A stretch of DNA of 16,896 bases from Candidatus Izemoplasmatales bacterium (GTDB lineage Bacteria; Bacillota_I; Bacilli_A; Izemoplasmatales; Hujiaoplasmataceae), in NCBI GenBank assembly GCA_050177605.1, contig JBFXGX010000019.1:17671-34566 (forward strand), given 5' to 3'. The position numbers and the translations under genes are program-made. Shown piece after piece: positions 8,683 to 16,502 of the stretch (its first letter is position 1; each line of letters opens with the position of its first letter). The notes beneath the pieces were generated by a model. It saw only the letters and a list, made by a program, of their open reading frames with translations, ran no database searches and was not told the origin of the DNA.

Positions 8683-10338
8683 GTAGAAGCATCAAATGTA
8701 GCAACTTCACCAACGACATCAACAAATTCTAAGTAAGCATTATATGCATTTTCTTGAATGGTTGAAAGAGGAACACTGGCTAAGTCAAACTCTGTATCAC
8801 CAGTCCAGTATGCATAAACAATATTATCTAGTAATAAACGAACATTGAGTGATGAATCAAATACGATAGAATCAAGTAATTGACACATTTCGATTGTTAA
8901 TTCAGTTTCACTTAAATTTCCTAAACTAGCTTCATTAATGAAAGTATATATTTGTACTTGTTCTGCAAGGGTAAGTTCATTCATAAATGTTAAAAGGTTT
9001 GTTGAAATAAGTCTTGCTGTTGTGAAAACATAATCAACTTGATCTTCTAATAGTTGGATATATTCAGCTTGTAATGTTTCATCGGTTACTGTAGCTTCAA
9101 TGAAAATCGTGCCAACTTCAGTAAGAATCGTTTGAACATTATCGATTTCTTCTTGCGTTAGAGCATCATTTAATACATTGGCAACATCTAGCAAAGCACT
9201 AAATGCTCCTAAAATCAATTCTTGAGTAGGTTCTTCTACTTGATTTTCAGTCATATAAATAATAAAGTCAATTGTCGAAGCATCAAGATTTGTGATTAAT
9301 GCATCGACTTCTCCATACACAGAAGCGACAAGTAAAACTAATTTTGCTGTATTCGCTGGGTTTTGTACATATTCAACAAGAGAATTGGCTGCGCCAGTCA
9401 TCATCGCTTGTTGATTAAGGGAGTCAATCATTGATAGTTTGCTTTCAATATCAAAATTATTCATATCAATATTCCATGCGATATCTTCTAAATCCTAAAC
9501 CATTGAATCAATTTCTGCCATGACCGATAACCCACTGTTATCTACTACATCGGTTAATGCAAGTTCTGCAGCTGGTAAGGTAATGTATTCCGTTTGTAAA
9601 TACTCATCATAGAAGTCCATTAAAATAGAATAATGTCCATCTGCAGTGTCATCAGCTAGAGCGAGTAAGTCTAAATATCCATCATAGATAGGACTCGCTA
9701 CACTTGAACCTTCTGATTGATAAACAGAATAGTAATTTTCAAGTGTTGATTCAAGATTATTAATAGTATACCAATCAAGCCATATATCATAGGTATCATA
9801 AACTGTATTTTGATAATCATAATATGCATTCAGTGATTGTCCTTGAAGCAACAATGCTTGATAATAAGCAAGTGCATCACTTGATCCTGAAGGAAGACCA
9901 TTGATATAGTTCGCAATAACTTGTTCTTGCGCACTGTAATCTGAATTGTATCCATCAATTTCAGATTGCAAATCACTAATTTCTAACATGATACTTGCGA
10001 TTTCTTCTTGAGGATTATCATTTGGTAACATCGTTTGCGCATAAGCAGATACATTGATTAAGATTGCAATTAATGTTGTGCTTACATAATCTTCAGTAAA
10101 TCCTGCTGCTTTAAAGTCAGCCCACCAAGCTTGTAATTCAGTAACAGATTCTACTGATGAAAGAGACAATAATGAGCTTTCTAGAGAGGATAATAAAAGG
10201 TACACTTCTTCTTCGGTGTCAAATCCCGACATCGTGAAGATCATATCTCCAACTTCTTCTAATACTTCACTATCAGATTCACCTGTAATAGCACTAAGCA
10301 TATCCAAATAATCTTGATGTTCGTAAGTAATTAATTCT

Positions 10339-10393
10339 GTCGTTGTTGTGGTTGTAGTAGTCGTTGTTGTGGTTGTAGTGGTCGTTGTTGTGG
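10339..10393. repeat. 21-bp tandem repeat (about 2.6 units) encoding an 18-Thr run
   Basis: GTCGTTGTTGTGGTTGTAGTA / GTCGTTGTTGTGGTTGTAGTG / GTCGTTGTTGTGG; Thr codons span 10338-10391. Confidence 0.9.
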
Positions 10394-10538
10394 ATGATTC
10401 TGGTGCTGTTGTAATGGTTGTTTGATCGTTATTAAACAAATCACATCCAATAAGGAGTAAAGATAATATACTGATTAACATAAAAATACTAATTTTTCTT
10501 TTCATTGTGAGTCCCCCGTTTCTTTTTTTATTTATTTT

Positions 10539-10551
10539 ATTATATCATATT
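10539..10551 (-). promoter_or_regulatory. Extended -10 promoter element of lipoprotein B
   Basis: Minus strand AATATGATATAAT, at almost the same distance from the ATG as in paralog A; GGGGGA RBS. Confidence 0.55.
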
Positions 10552-10572
10552 CAAATTAAAATCATTATAAAA

Positions 10573-11043
10573 CTATTTTTTTTGTGTAATTGCTTTGTAA
10601 ATATCCTGATACGTTCCATAGACCAATGTCGTATCAATCATCTTTTGTCTAGTGATTGGCTTTAAGATTGGATCAAAGAAATGCTTGGTAGGTTTATCTT
10701 TTATTTTGAGATAGATAAATCTTTTTTTTGATGCAGCATCTTCCACGACTTTTTCGATTTGGTCGATTGCCACTTTGTTTAGAAAGAAAAAAGAAAAATG
10801 GATAATCGTGTCTTTTGAAATCTCAAGTAGCGGTAACTTTCGAATCATCAATATCGTTTTTTGAATTGAAGCTTGTAACATCAAAAAATCCGCAATCATA
10901 ATAAAATATAGTAAGAAAACCGATAAAGAAGTGAGTTGATTATAGTATAGCGGTGTAAAAGCAATGTATAAAACAAAGATGAAAATGACAAGTTCAAATA
11001 GAAGATTTGAGATATTTTTTAGTTTGCGCCCATAGAATTTCAT
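10573..11043 (-). CDS. Hypothetical membrane protein (two N-terminal TM helices, basic soluble C-terminus)
   Basis: ATG at 11043 overlaps the panE stop (ATGA); two hydrophobic segments; no family recognised. Confidence 0.7.
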   Translation of the reverse strand: MKFYGRKLKNISNLLFELVIFIFVLYIAFTPLYYNQLTSLSVFLLYFIMIADFLMLQASIQKTILMIRKLPLLEISKDTIIHFSFFFLNKVAIDQIEKVVEDAASKKRFIYLKIKDKPTKHFFDPILKPITRQKMIDTTLVYGTYQDIYKAITQKK

Positions 11044-12062
11044 AAAGAAGCCCAACTTTCAAGAATCTTTAAGTTGTGAAGACCTGGACGATTTTCTTTT
11101 CTCTCAAATCCTTCGACGATTTTTACGATTTGATCATTCCAAGGCGTTGGATAACCAAATTCCTTTCCAAAGGAAGAAACGACACCATTAATGGCATGAA
11201 TTTCACATTTTCTTCCGCGTTCTAGATCTTGTAACATCGAACTTTTAATCATTTGATGCTTTTTCATGGCAATCGGAATAATTTGATAAGAGATCCACTT
11301 TTTAAACTTAGAATGATAGTCGAGCAACTTCACTGCATCTTTCCCTTGAATCTTTTCAATCTTAATATGGCCTTGTTTTGCTACATCAATACATTCTTTT
11401 AATATCGCCTGTGCATACTTTCTTGTTTGTTTGTCTTTCGCGATTTCACCAAAAGTGAGATCGAGTACAACGCTTAATCCGCTAAATGCACTATTAATCA
11501 TTAGTTTAGCGTAACGAGCGCCAATCCAGTTTTCTTCAACTGTCGTTTTTCCCATCAAACTTAAGATGCGATACACTTCATCAAATAAAGGATGTTTCAA
11601 TTCACTAAATGAACCTAAACTAAAGGTTAACGTATCATAAGAATCTTTCGTTGTTAATTGAACGACACCACCTTCATGAAGGGTTGCTCCCCAAGCCATG
11701 GCACAACCTAATGTTCTCTCTTCACCAATCACTTTAGAAACGCTATGTTCAGGCAATCCGTTTTGCATAGTACAGATCACTCCATCTTCTTTTAAAAAAG
11801 GAACTAAGCTTTTCACAACAGATTCGTTTTCAAGTTGTTTTGTCATTAAGAAAATAATATCGTAAGGTTCTTTCATTTCATCAACCAACAAAGCGCTCAC
11901 TGGAATATTTTTATTCGTTTCACCAATAATCACGGCCCCGTTCTTCTTCAGTGCTTCTATATGAGCCCTGTTCCGAGAAACTAAATCAACATCGACCGTT
12001 TCCGCGATATACGCTCCAAATACTGTGCCCATTGCTCCGGCACCATAGATACATACTTTCAT
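11040..12062 (-). CDS. panE: 2-dehydropantoate 2-reductase (ketopantoate reductase family)
   Basis: Start MKVCIYGAGAMG at 12062 with GGAGG RBS; IFLMTK, CTMQNGL, YAKLMINS and SSMLQDLERGRKCEIHAING motifs. 340 aa. Confidence 0.88.
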   Translation of the reverse strand: MKVCIYGAGAMGTVFGAYIAETVDVDLVSRNRAHIEALKKNGAVIIGETNKNIPVSALLVDEMKEPYDIIFLMTKQLENESVVKSLVPFLKEDGVICTMQNGLPEHSVSKVIGEERTLGCAMAWGATLHEGGVVQLTTKDSYDTLTFSLGSFSELKHPLFDEVYRILSLMGKTTVEENWIGARYAKLMINSAFSGLSVVLDLTFGEIAKDKQTRKYAQAILKECIDVAKQGHIKIEKIQGKDAVKLLDYHSKFKKWISYQIIPIAMKKHQMIKSSMLQDLERGRKCEIHAINGVVSSFGKEFGYPTPWNDQIVKIVEGFERKENRPGLHNLKILESWASL

Positions 12063-12063
12063 A

Positions 12064-13668
12064 TTACTTCCTCCTGTATTTTGAGATGATTTGTTCTGCA
12101 GTTTTGATACCATCAATCGCCGATGAAGTAATCCCACCTGCATATCCCGCGCCTTCTCCCATCGGATAAATCCCTGCAATGGAAGATTCAAAAAATTCAT
12201 TTCTTTCCAGTCTCACTGGTGAACTAGATCTTGTTTCAACGCCGGTAAGAATAGCATCATCACTGGCAAACCCCTTCAATTGTTTTTCAAATTGAACGAG
12301 TGCTTCTTTTAAAGTATCTGTTACATAACGAGGTAACAGGTCGGTCATTTTAACAAATTTCGTACCAATTTCATAGGTAGGAATGACTTTTCCAAAAGAA
12401 ATTGAATTCCTATCTCTTAAAAAATCTCCTACTTTTTGTACAGGAGCGTGATAATTCGATCCTCCAAGAATAAAAGCTTTCTTCTCAAATTCTTCTTGAA
12501 ATGAAAATCCTGAGAGTGGATGGTCACTTGGAAAATCGGATGGTGTGACATTCACGAGTAAGGCGCTATTTGCATTGATACCTGCACGGGTGCTCTTTGA
12601 CATTCCGTTTGTGACTAAATGTCCTACTTCACCATTAGAAGGCATTACATACCCTCCAGGGCACATACAAAACGTATAAGCCGTTCTGCCACTTGGGCTA
12701 TGATACGATAGTTTATAATCTGCCGCACCAAGAGCAGGATGAACAGCACTTTTACCGTATTGTGCTTCATTAATACTAGATTGTAAATGTTCGATGCGTA
12801 CACCAATTGAGAATGGCTTTGGCGATACCTTCATTGATTGATTATAAAGCATTGTCACTGTGTCTTTTGCACTGTGTCCAATCCCTAAAAGACAGACAGA
12901 AACATCCATCCATTCATGATGATTTAATTCTATTTTTTTGAGTTGATTATTTTCGATTAAGACATTGGTTAATTTCGTGTTAAATCGCACGACTGCGCCA
13001 CTTTTTATAATGCTTTGTCTCATATTATATACAACTTTTTTTAGGACATCCGTACCAATGTGTGGTTTGTTTATATACCTGATTTCTTGTGGCGCGCCAT
13101 GTGATGCAAAGATATCAAGAATGAGTTTTGAACGAATGTCACTCACTAGGGTATTTAGTTTTCCATCTGAAAAGGTTCCGGCGCCGCCTTCCCCATATAG
13201 AATCGAAGCTTTCGAATTAAACTCTCCAGTTTTTAAGAAGTGATCCATTTCTTTTGTTCTCTCGATTACATCTTCGCCTTGTTCAATGACAACAACTGGA
13301 TAACCTCTTTTTGCTAAAATATAACTAGCAAATATGCCTGAAGGGCCAAAACCAACAACAACAATCGGATGTTTCAGTTCTACATTTCCTTCTTCAATGT
13401 ATGGATATAGTTTTGGTTTTGATGTGTTTAACTTTGGGTTCTTCTTTAAATAATGGGATTCGTTTCTTAATGCAACATCAACATTATAAACAAATAAGAT
13501 ATCTTCTTTGTTTCTCGCATCAATTGCTTTTTTGATGAGTTCAACTTTTTGGATATCTGTTTCGTTGATCGAATATTTTTTTGCAATTTTTCGTTTGATA
13601 TTGCTAAGTTCTATTTCCACATTCAGCGCTTCATCAAGACGAAGCTTGATTTCATTTAAACTAATCAT
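12064..13668 (-). CDS. Uncharacterised FAD-dependent dehydrogenase/oxidoreductase (COG2509-like)
   Basis: Likely start MISLNEIKL at 13668, overlapping the upstream stop; AIDAR, VVVGFGPSG, GEGGAGTFSDGKL, KPHIGTD, TFCMCPGG, GVETRSSSPVR and GEGAGYAGGITSSAIDG motifs. 534 aa. Confidence 0.88.
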   Translation of the reverse strand: MISLNEIKLRLDEALNVEIELSNIKRKIAKKYSINETDIQKVELIKKAIDARNKEDILFVYNVDVALRNESHYLKKNPKLNTSKPKLYPYIEEGNVELKHPIVVVGFGPSGIFASYILAKRGYPVVVIEQGEDVIERTKEMDHFLKTGEFNSKASILYGEGGAGTFSDGKLNTLVSDIRSKLILDIFASHGAPQEIRYINKPHIGTDVLKKVVYNMRQSIIKSGAVVRFNTKLTNVLIENNQLKKIELNHHEWMDVSVCLLGIGHSAKDTVTMLYNQSMKVSPKPFSIGVRIEHLQSSINEAQYGKSAVHPALGAADYKLSYHSPSGRTAYTFCMCPGGYVMPSNGEVGHLVTNGMSKSTRAGINANSALLVNVTPSDFPSDHPLSGFSFQEEFEKKAFILGGSNYHAPVQKVGDFLRDRNSISFGKVIPTYEIGTKFVKMTDLLPRYVTDTLKEALVQFEKQLKGFASDDAILTGVETRSSSPVRLERNEFFESSIAGIYPMGEGAGYAGGITSSAIDGIKTAEQIISKYRRK

Positions 13669-14881
13669 GTCTTTCACCAATCGCTTTTGCGACAACTCCA
13701 GCACTACTCCATGCCCATTGCAAGTTAAACCCACCGCTTCTGCCATCAATATCAAGAATTTCACCAGTGAAATATAATCCATCCACTATTTTGGATTCTA
13801 GGGTCTTGCTGCTTACTTCACTTAAATCTATCCCACCTGACGTAACTTGGGCTTCTTGATAATCGAGGCTGCCGGTGACTTTCCATTTCCAATTTAACAA
13901 ATAATCGGTGAGCTTACTAAGTTCCTCATATGTTAGAGTAGATACTTCTTGATGTAAGTCAAGTCCGTTATCTTTGACCAAAGGTTGAATAAGTCTCGAT
14001 GGAATAATCCCTGAAAGACTATCTTCAATCGTTTTATGACTGAGTAAATAAAAACGATCGAGTAAAGCTTCTTTTGAAAGTGTCGTAACAATTTTAATAT
14101 TGATGAAAGGTTGCTTTTTATCTTCTAACGCAATGAGCGCATATTTGCTCATTTGTAAGATGGTCGGTCCACTCACACCATAGCTTGTGAATAAAATATC
14201 CCCTGTTTCAGATTGGACTACCTGGTTATTTACGATTAGTTCAACCGTGGTATTCAATTTGAGTCCATCTAAATGTTTTAAATAAGGACTATTGAGTGTT
14301 AGTTTAACAAGAGAAGGGCGCAGTGCTGTGGTATGATGCCCAAAGGGTTTGACGAGTTGATAACCAAATCCATCACTTCCTGTTTGAGGAAAAGCTAGCC
14401 CTCCAGTAGAAAGAACAACGATATCGAATTGATAATGATGATTATTTAAATCCTTGATGATAAAATGATTATCCTTTTTTTCGATTTGTTTGACATAGGT
14501 ATTGGTGATACATTTGATTTCATGTCGATCAAGTTCAGATAAAAAAGCATTGACTACGCTTGAGGCTTGAAAAGAAAGTGGGAATATTTTTCCGTTTTCT
14601 TCTTTCGCTGTTTCAATACCGATGGTTTTAAAAAAAGATAAGGTTTCTTTCACTGAATAGATTTTTAATAAATCTTCTACAAAAGCAGGGTGATTATAAT
14701 CTTTCCCTGTTAAATTAGCATTCGTTAGATTACATCTTCCATTCCCAGTCGTTAGGATTTTTTTACCAATCCGTGCATTACGTTCAAATAAGGTAACATC
14801 TTCACCTTGTTGTTTTAATAACAGACTGAGGTACAAGCCACTCGCACCTGCTCCGATAATCGCAATTTTACGTTTTTTCAC
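13661..14881 (-). CDS. HI0933/BaiN-like family NAD(P)/FAD-dependent flavoprotein
   Basis: GTG start with AGGTGAT RBS; IIGAGASG, GKKILTTGNGRCNLTN, TGG..FPQTGSDGFGY, LFTSYGVSGP, AQVTSGG and GEILDIDG.SGGFNLQWAWSS motifs. Confidence 0.92.
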   Translation of the reverse strand: MKKRKIAIIGAGASGLYLSLLLKQQGEDVTLFERNARIGKKILTTGNGRCNLTNANLTGKDYNHPAFVEDLLKIYSVKETLSFFKTIGIETAKEENGKIFPLSFQASSVVNAFLSELDRHEIKCITNTYVKQIEKKDNHFIIKDLNNHHYQFDIVVLSTGGLAFPQTGSDGFGYQLVKPFGHHTTALRPSLVKLTLNSPYLKHLDGLKLNTTVELIVNNQVVQSETGDILFTSYGVSGPTILQMSKYALIALEDKKQPFINIKIVTTLSKEALLDRFYLLSHKTIEDSLSGIIPSRLIQPLVKDNGLDLHQEVSTLTYEELSKLTDYLLNWKWKVTGSLDYQEAQVTSGGIDLSEVSSKTLESKIVDGLYFTGEILDIDGRSGGFNLQWAWSSAGVVAKAIGERHD

Positions 14882-15040
14882 AATATCACCTGCTTCTATT
14901 ATACTCTAGATTCGAGACTAAATCTATAAACATTCTTCGATTATATTGAGGTTTGTTTATCTCTACCTTAAGAAAAACTATAAGGCAATTATAAAATCTC
15001 GCGAAATAAAAACATCCAAATTTTTAGAATCAGACAAGCA

Positions 15041-15081
15041 AATAAAACACTCCAAGATCTCAATAAAGATTTGTGGAGTGT
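15041..15081 (-). terminator. Probable terminator of the nucleotidyltransferase-HTH operon
   Basis: ACACTCCA (15047-15054) pairs with TGGAGTGT (15074-15081) around an inner imperfect stem; TTTATTT tail on the minus strand. Confidence 0.55.
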
Positions 15082-15205
15082 GTTTCTTGGTTGTATTTGA
15101 TTGTTCTATAATAGGATATATATATATTTGAAAGTAACTGATATTTCTTATTCTTTTGACAAGTATCGACCTATATAATCGATATAACCGCCTATGGGAA
15201 ATACG

Positions 15206-15736
15206 CTACCTTTGAACACAAAAATCATACATTTTCTTAATCTTCTCCAGCGAGAGTTTTTCAAGATGATTATTTTTTAAAAAATCGTTTGTGTTTCCGA
15301 TATTAAAATTTAATCTAGAATAGATTTTATAGTTAGTTATATTCTTTTCTTTTTGAAGAATCAATATTTTATTACGATAATCTATTTTCATAAAGTGATC
15401 GTGTTTATGAATAAGATTATCGTAAGACTGATATAATTTTCGAAGTTCGTCGAATGGATCAAGAGCACGCACATACTCTTTTAAATTGGTTAGATTCGCG
15501 CCATAATATTTATCTTCATATTCATAATATTGTTTTTGAAGTGTAGGGAAACGATTAGGTTTCATCAGCAATACATTTTGGGCCTTAGGAGTGAACAACA
15601 AATAGAATCCAAAAAGATTTTTCAGACGAACATCATTTTGACTCTCAAGCTCATTTTTAAACAAGCTCAAAGAATGTGAATTATTCATCTCTTTCACATA
15701 TTGTGTCAAAAAACCATAAAATGATTGCTTTTTCAT
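15206..15736 (-). CDS. Hypothetical protein with putative C-terminal XRE-like HTH (candidate antitoxin or regulator)
   Basis: ATG at 15736 with AAGGAG RBS (GTG at 15745, overlapping the upstream TGA, is an alternative). C-terminus LQKEKNITNYKIYSRLNFNIGNTNDFLKNNHLEKLSLEKIKKM resembles an XRE/Cro helix pattern. Confidence 0.75.
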   Translation of the reverse strand: MKKQSFYGFLTQYVKEMNNSHSLSLFKNELESQNDVRLKNLFGFYLLFTPKAQNVLLMKPNRFPTLQKQYYEYEDKYYGANLTNLKEYVRALDPFDELRKLYQSYDNLIHKHDHFMKIDYRNKILILQKEKNITNYKIYSRLNFNIGNTNDFLKNNHLEKLSLEKIKKMYDFCVQR

Positions 15737-15741
15737 CTGAC

Positions 15742-16242
15742 TCACTCCTTAAATAACCGATTATACAAACTTACCATTTCATTATACATTCTATCATTTA
15801 ATGCAGATAACCTAGCTTCTTCCACTACTTTATCCAATTGATGAATATCATATTGTTTTTGATGAATGATCGCTTTTAAATCTTCTTGATCTTTTTCTCG
15901 AAATGCATATAGTTTGGAAATAATTAAGTCCTCTATTGACGGTGTATAATATCTTATCACTTTTGTTTCAATATCAACAAGTTCTAAACGATCTTCATAA
16001 TTATATGGGAAACAAAATGATAGTGATTTTACTTTTGAATTAAAATCAAAAATATCAAAATAATCTTCTACGATCTTAGAAGCGTACAACACATCGATAT
16101 CAAGTGTGCTTCTCGAGGTTGCTTTTTTGATTAATAATGCCCCACCTCCCACGATGACACATTCTAGGTGCATATTCGGGTGATGATCAAAAACAATCTG
16201 GTCAAGTTCTTTCATACGTCTTTCAAGATCATGTAAATCCAT
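15742..16242 (-). CDS. Pol-beta superfamily nucleotidyltransferase (DUF6036/AbiEii-like)
   Basis: VIVGGGAL, RSTLDIDV (G-G/S...DxD), DLIISKL and REKDQEDL motifs; AGAGGT RBS. Confidence 0.85.
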   Translation of the reverse strand: MDLHDLERRMKELDQIVFDHHPNMHLECVIVGGGALLIKKATSRSTLDIDVLYASKIVEDYFDIFDFNSKVKSLSFCFPYNYEDRLELVDIETKVIRYYTPSIEDLIISKLYAFREKDQEDLKAIIHQKQYDIHQLDKVVEEARLSALNDRMYNEMVSLYNRLFKE

Positions 16243-16279
16243 ATTTTACCTCTTATATTAATAGTATTATTATATTTAT

Positions 16280-16308
16280 ATTTTATCATCAATCAGAGAT
16301 GATATCAA
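16280..16308 (-). promoter_or_regulatory. Sigma-A promoter of the nucleotidyltransferase operon with an internal 7-7-7 inverted repeat (candidate operator)
   Basis: Minus strand TTGATA (16308-16303), 17 bp spacer, TAAAAT (16285-16280) preceded by TG-n; TATCATC-aatcaga-GATGATA at 16284-16304. Confidence 0.65.
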
Positions 16309-16322
16309 GTATTTTTTATATC

Positions 16323-16347
16323 AAAAAAAAGCACATTTCTGTGCTTT
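16323..16347 (-). terminator. Intrinsic terminator of the tRNA gene
   Basis: Minus strand AAAGCACA-GAAA-TGTGC followed by T8. Confidence 0.85.
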
Positions 16348-16358
16348 ATTTTTTAGAG

Positions 16359-16433
16359 TGGTGGAACCAGAGGGACTTGAACCCCCGACCACCTGCACGT
16401 CAAGCAGGTGCTCTCCCACTGAGCTATGATTCC
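16359..16433 (-). tRNA. tRNA-Val (anticodon GAC)
   Basis: GGAATCATAGCTCAGTGGGAGAGCACCTGCTTGACGTGCAGGTGGTCGGGGGTTCAAGTCCCTCTGGTTCCACCA: acceptor stem GGAATCA/TGGTTCC, anticodon arm CCTGC-TTGACGT-GCAGG, T-loop TTCAAGT, encoded CCA. 75 nt. Confidence 0.97.
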
Positions 16434-16447
16434 AAATCTGTATACAA

Positions 16448-16460
16448 ATTATAACATATT
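16448..16460 (-). promoter_or_regulatory. Extended -10 promoter element of tRNA-Val
   Basis: Minus strand AATATGTTATAAT ending about 14 nt upstream of the tRNA 5' end. Confidence 0.6.
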
Positions 16461-16477
16461 GAATATCACTTGAAAAG

Positions 16478-16502
16478 AAAAAAATGCCATGAACGGCATT
16501 TT
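16478..16502 (-). terminator. Intrinsic terminator of mscS
   Basis: Minus strand AAAATGCC-gttcat-GGCATTTT continuing into a T-run, directly at the stop codon. Confidence 0.78.

Larger units (their letters stand above)
8583..10505 (-). pseudogene. Large acidic lipoprotein paralog B (640 codons) interrupted by one in-frame TAG at 9495-9497
   Basis: ORFs 9495-10505 and 8583-9464 share a frame. The bridge reads EIDSMV*DLEDIAWNIDMNN and aligns with EIESKHNQYENIIWNLLIKE of paralog A. Lipobox LLIGC. It could instead be two expressed fragments, a readthrough product or a sequencing error. Confidence 0.75.

Noticed and set aside
9495..9497. Genome-wide TAG recoding as the explanation for the split lipoprotein
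   Set aside because: TAG ends other genes at natural positions (10573, 13661, 15206), no pyl genes are in the window, and no convincing downstream hairpin was seen.
10339..10393. CRISPR-like array
   Set aside because: The units are contiguous without spacers and lie in a coding poly-Thr tract; no cas genes are present.
15115..15127. Short (TA)n microsatellite
   Set aside because: Intergenic, short and expected in AT-rich DNA; not inside an identifiable promoter spacer.
14946..15131. 61-aa plus-strand ORF
   Set aside because: TTG start without a clear RBS, no recognisable motif, and it runs through a terminator-like hairpin and a TA microsatellite.
14900..15205. att-site duplication of the tRNA-Val 3' end
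   Set aside because: No copy of TGGTGGAACC or adjacent T-arm sequence was found by eye, so an integrative element cannot be called.
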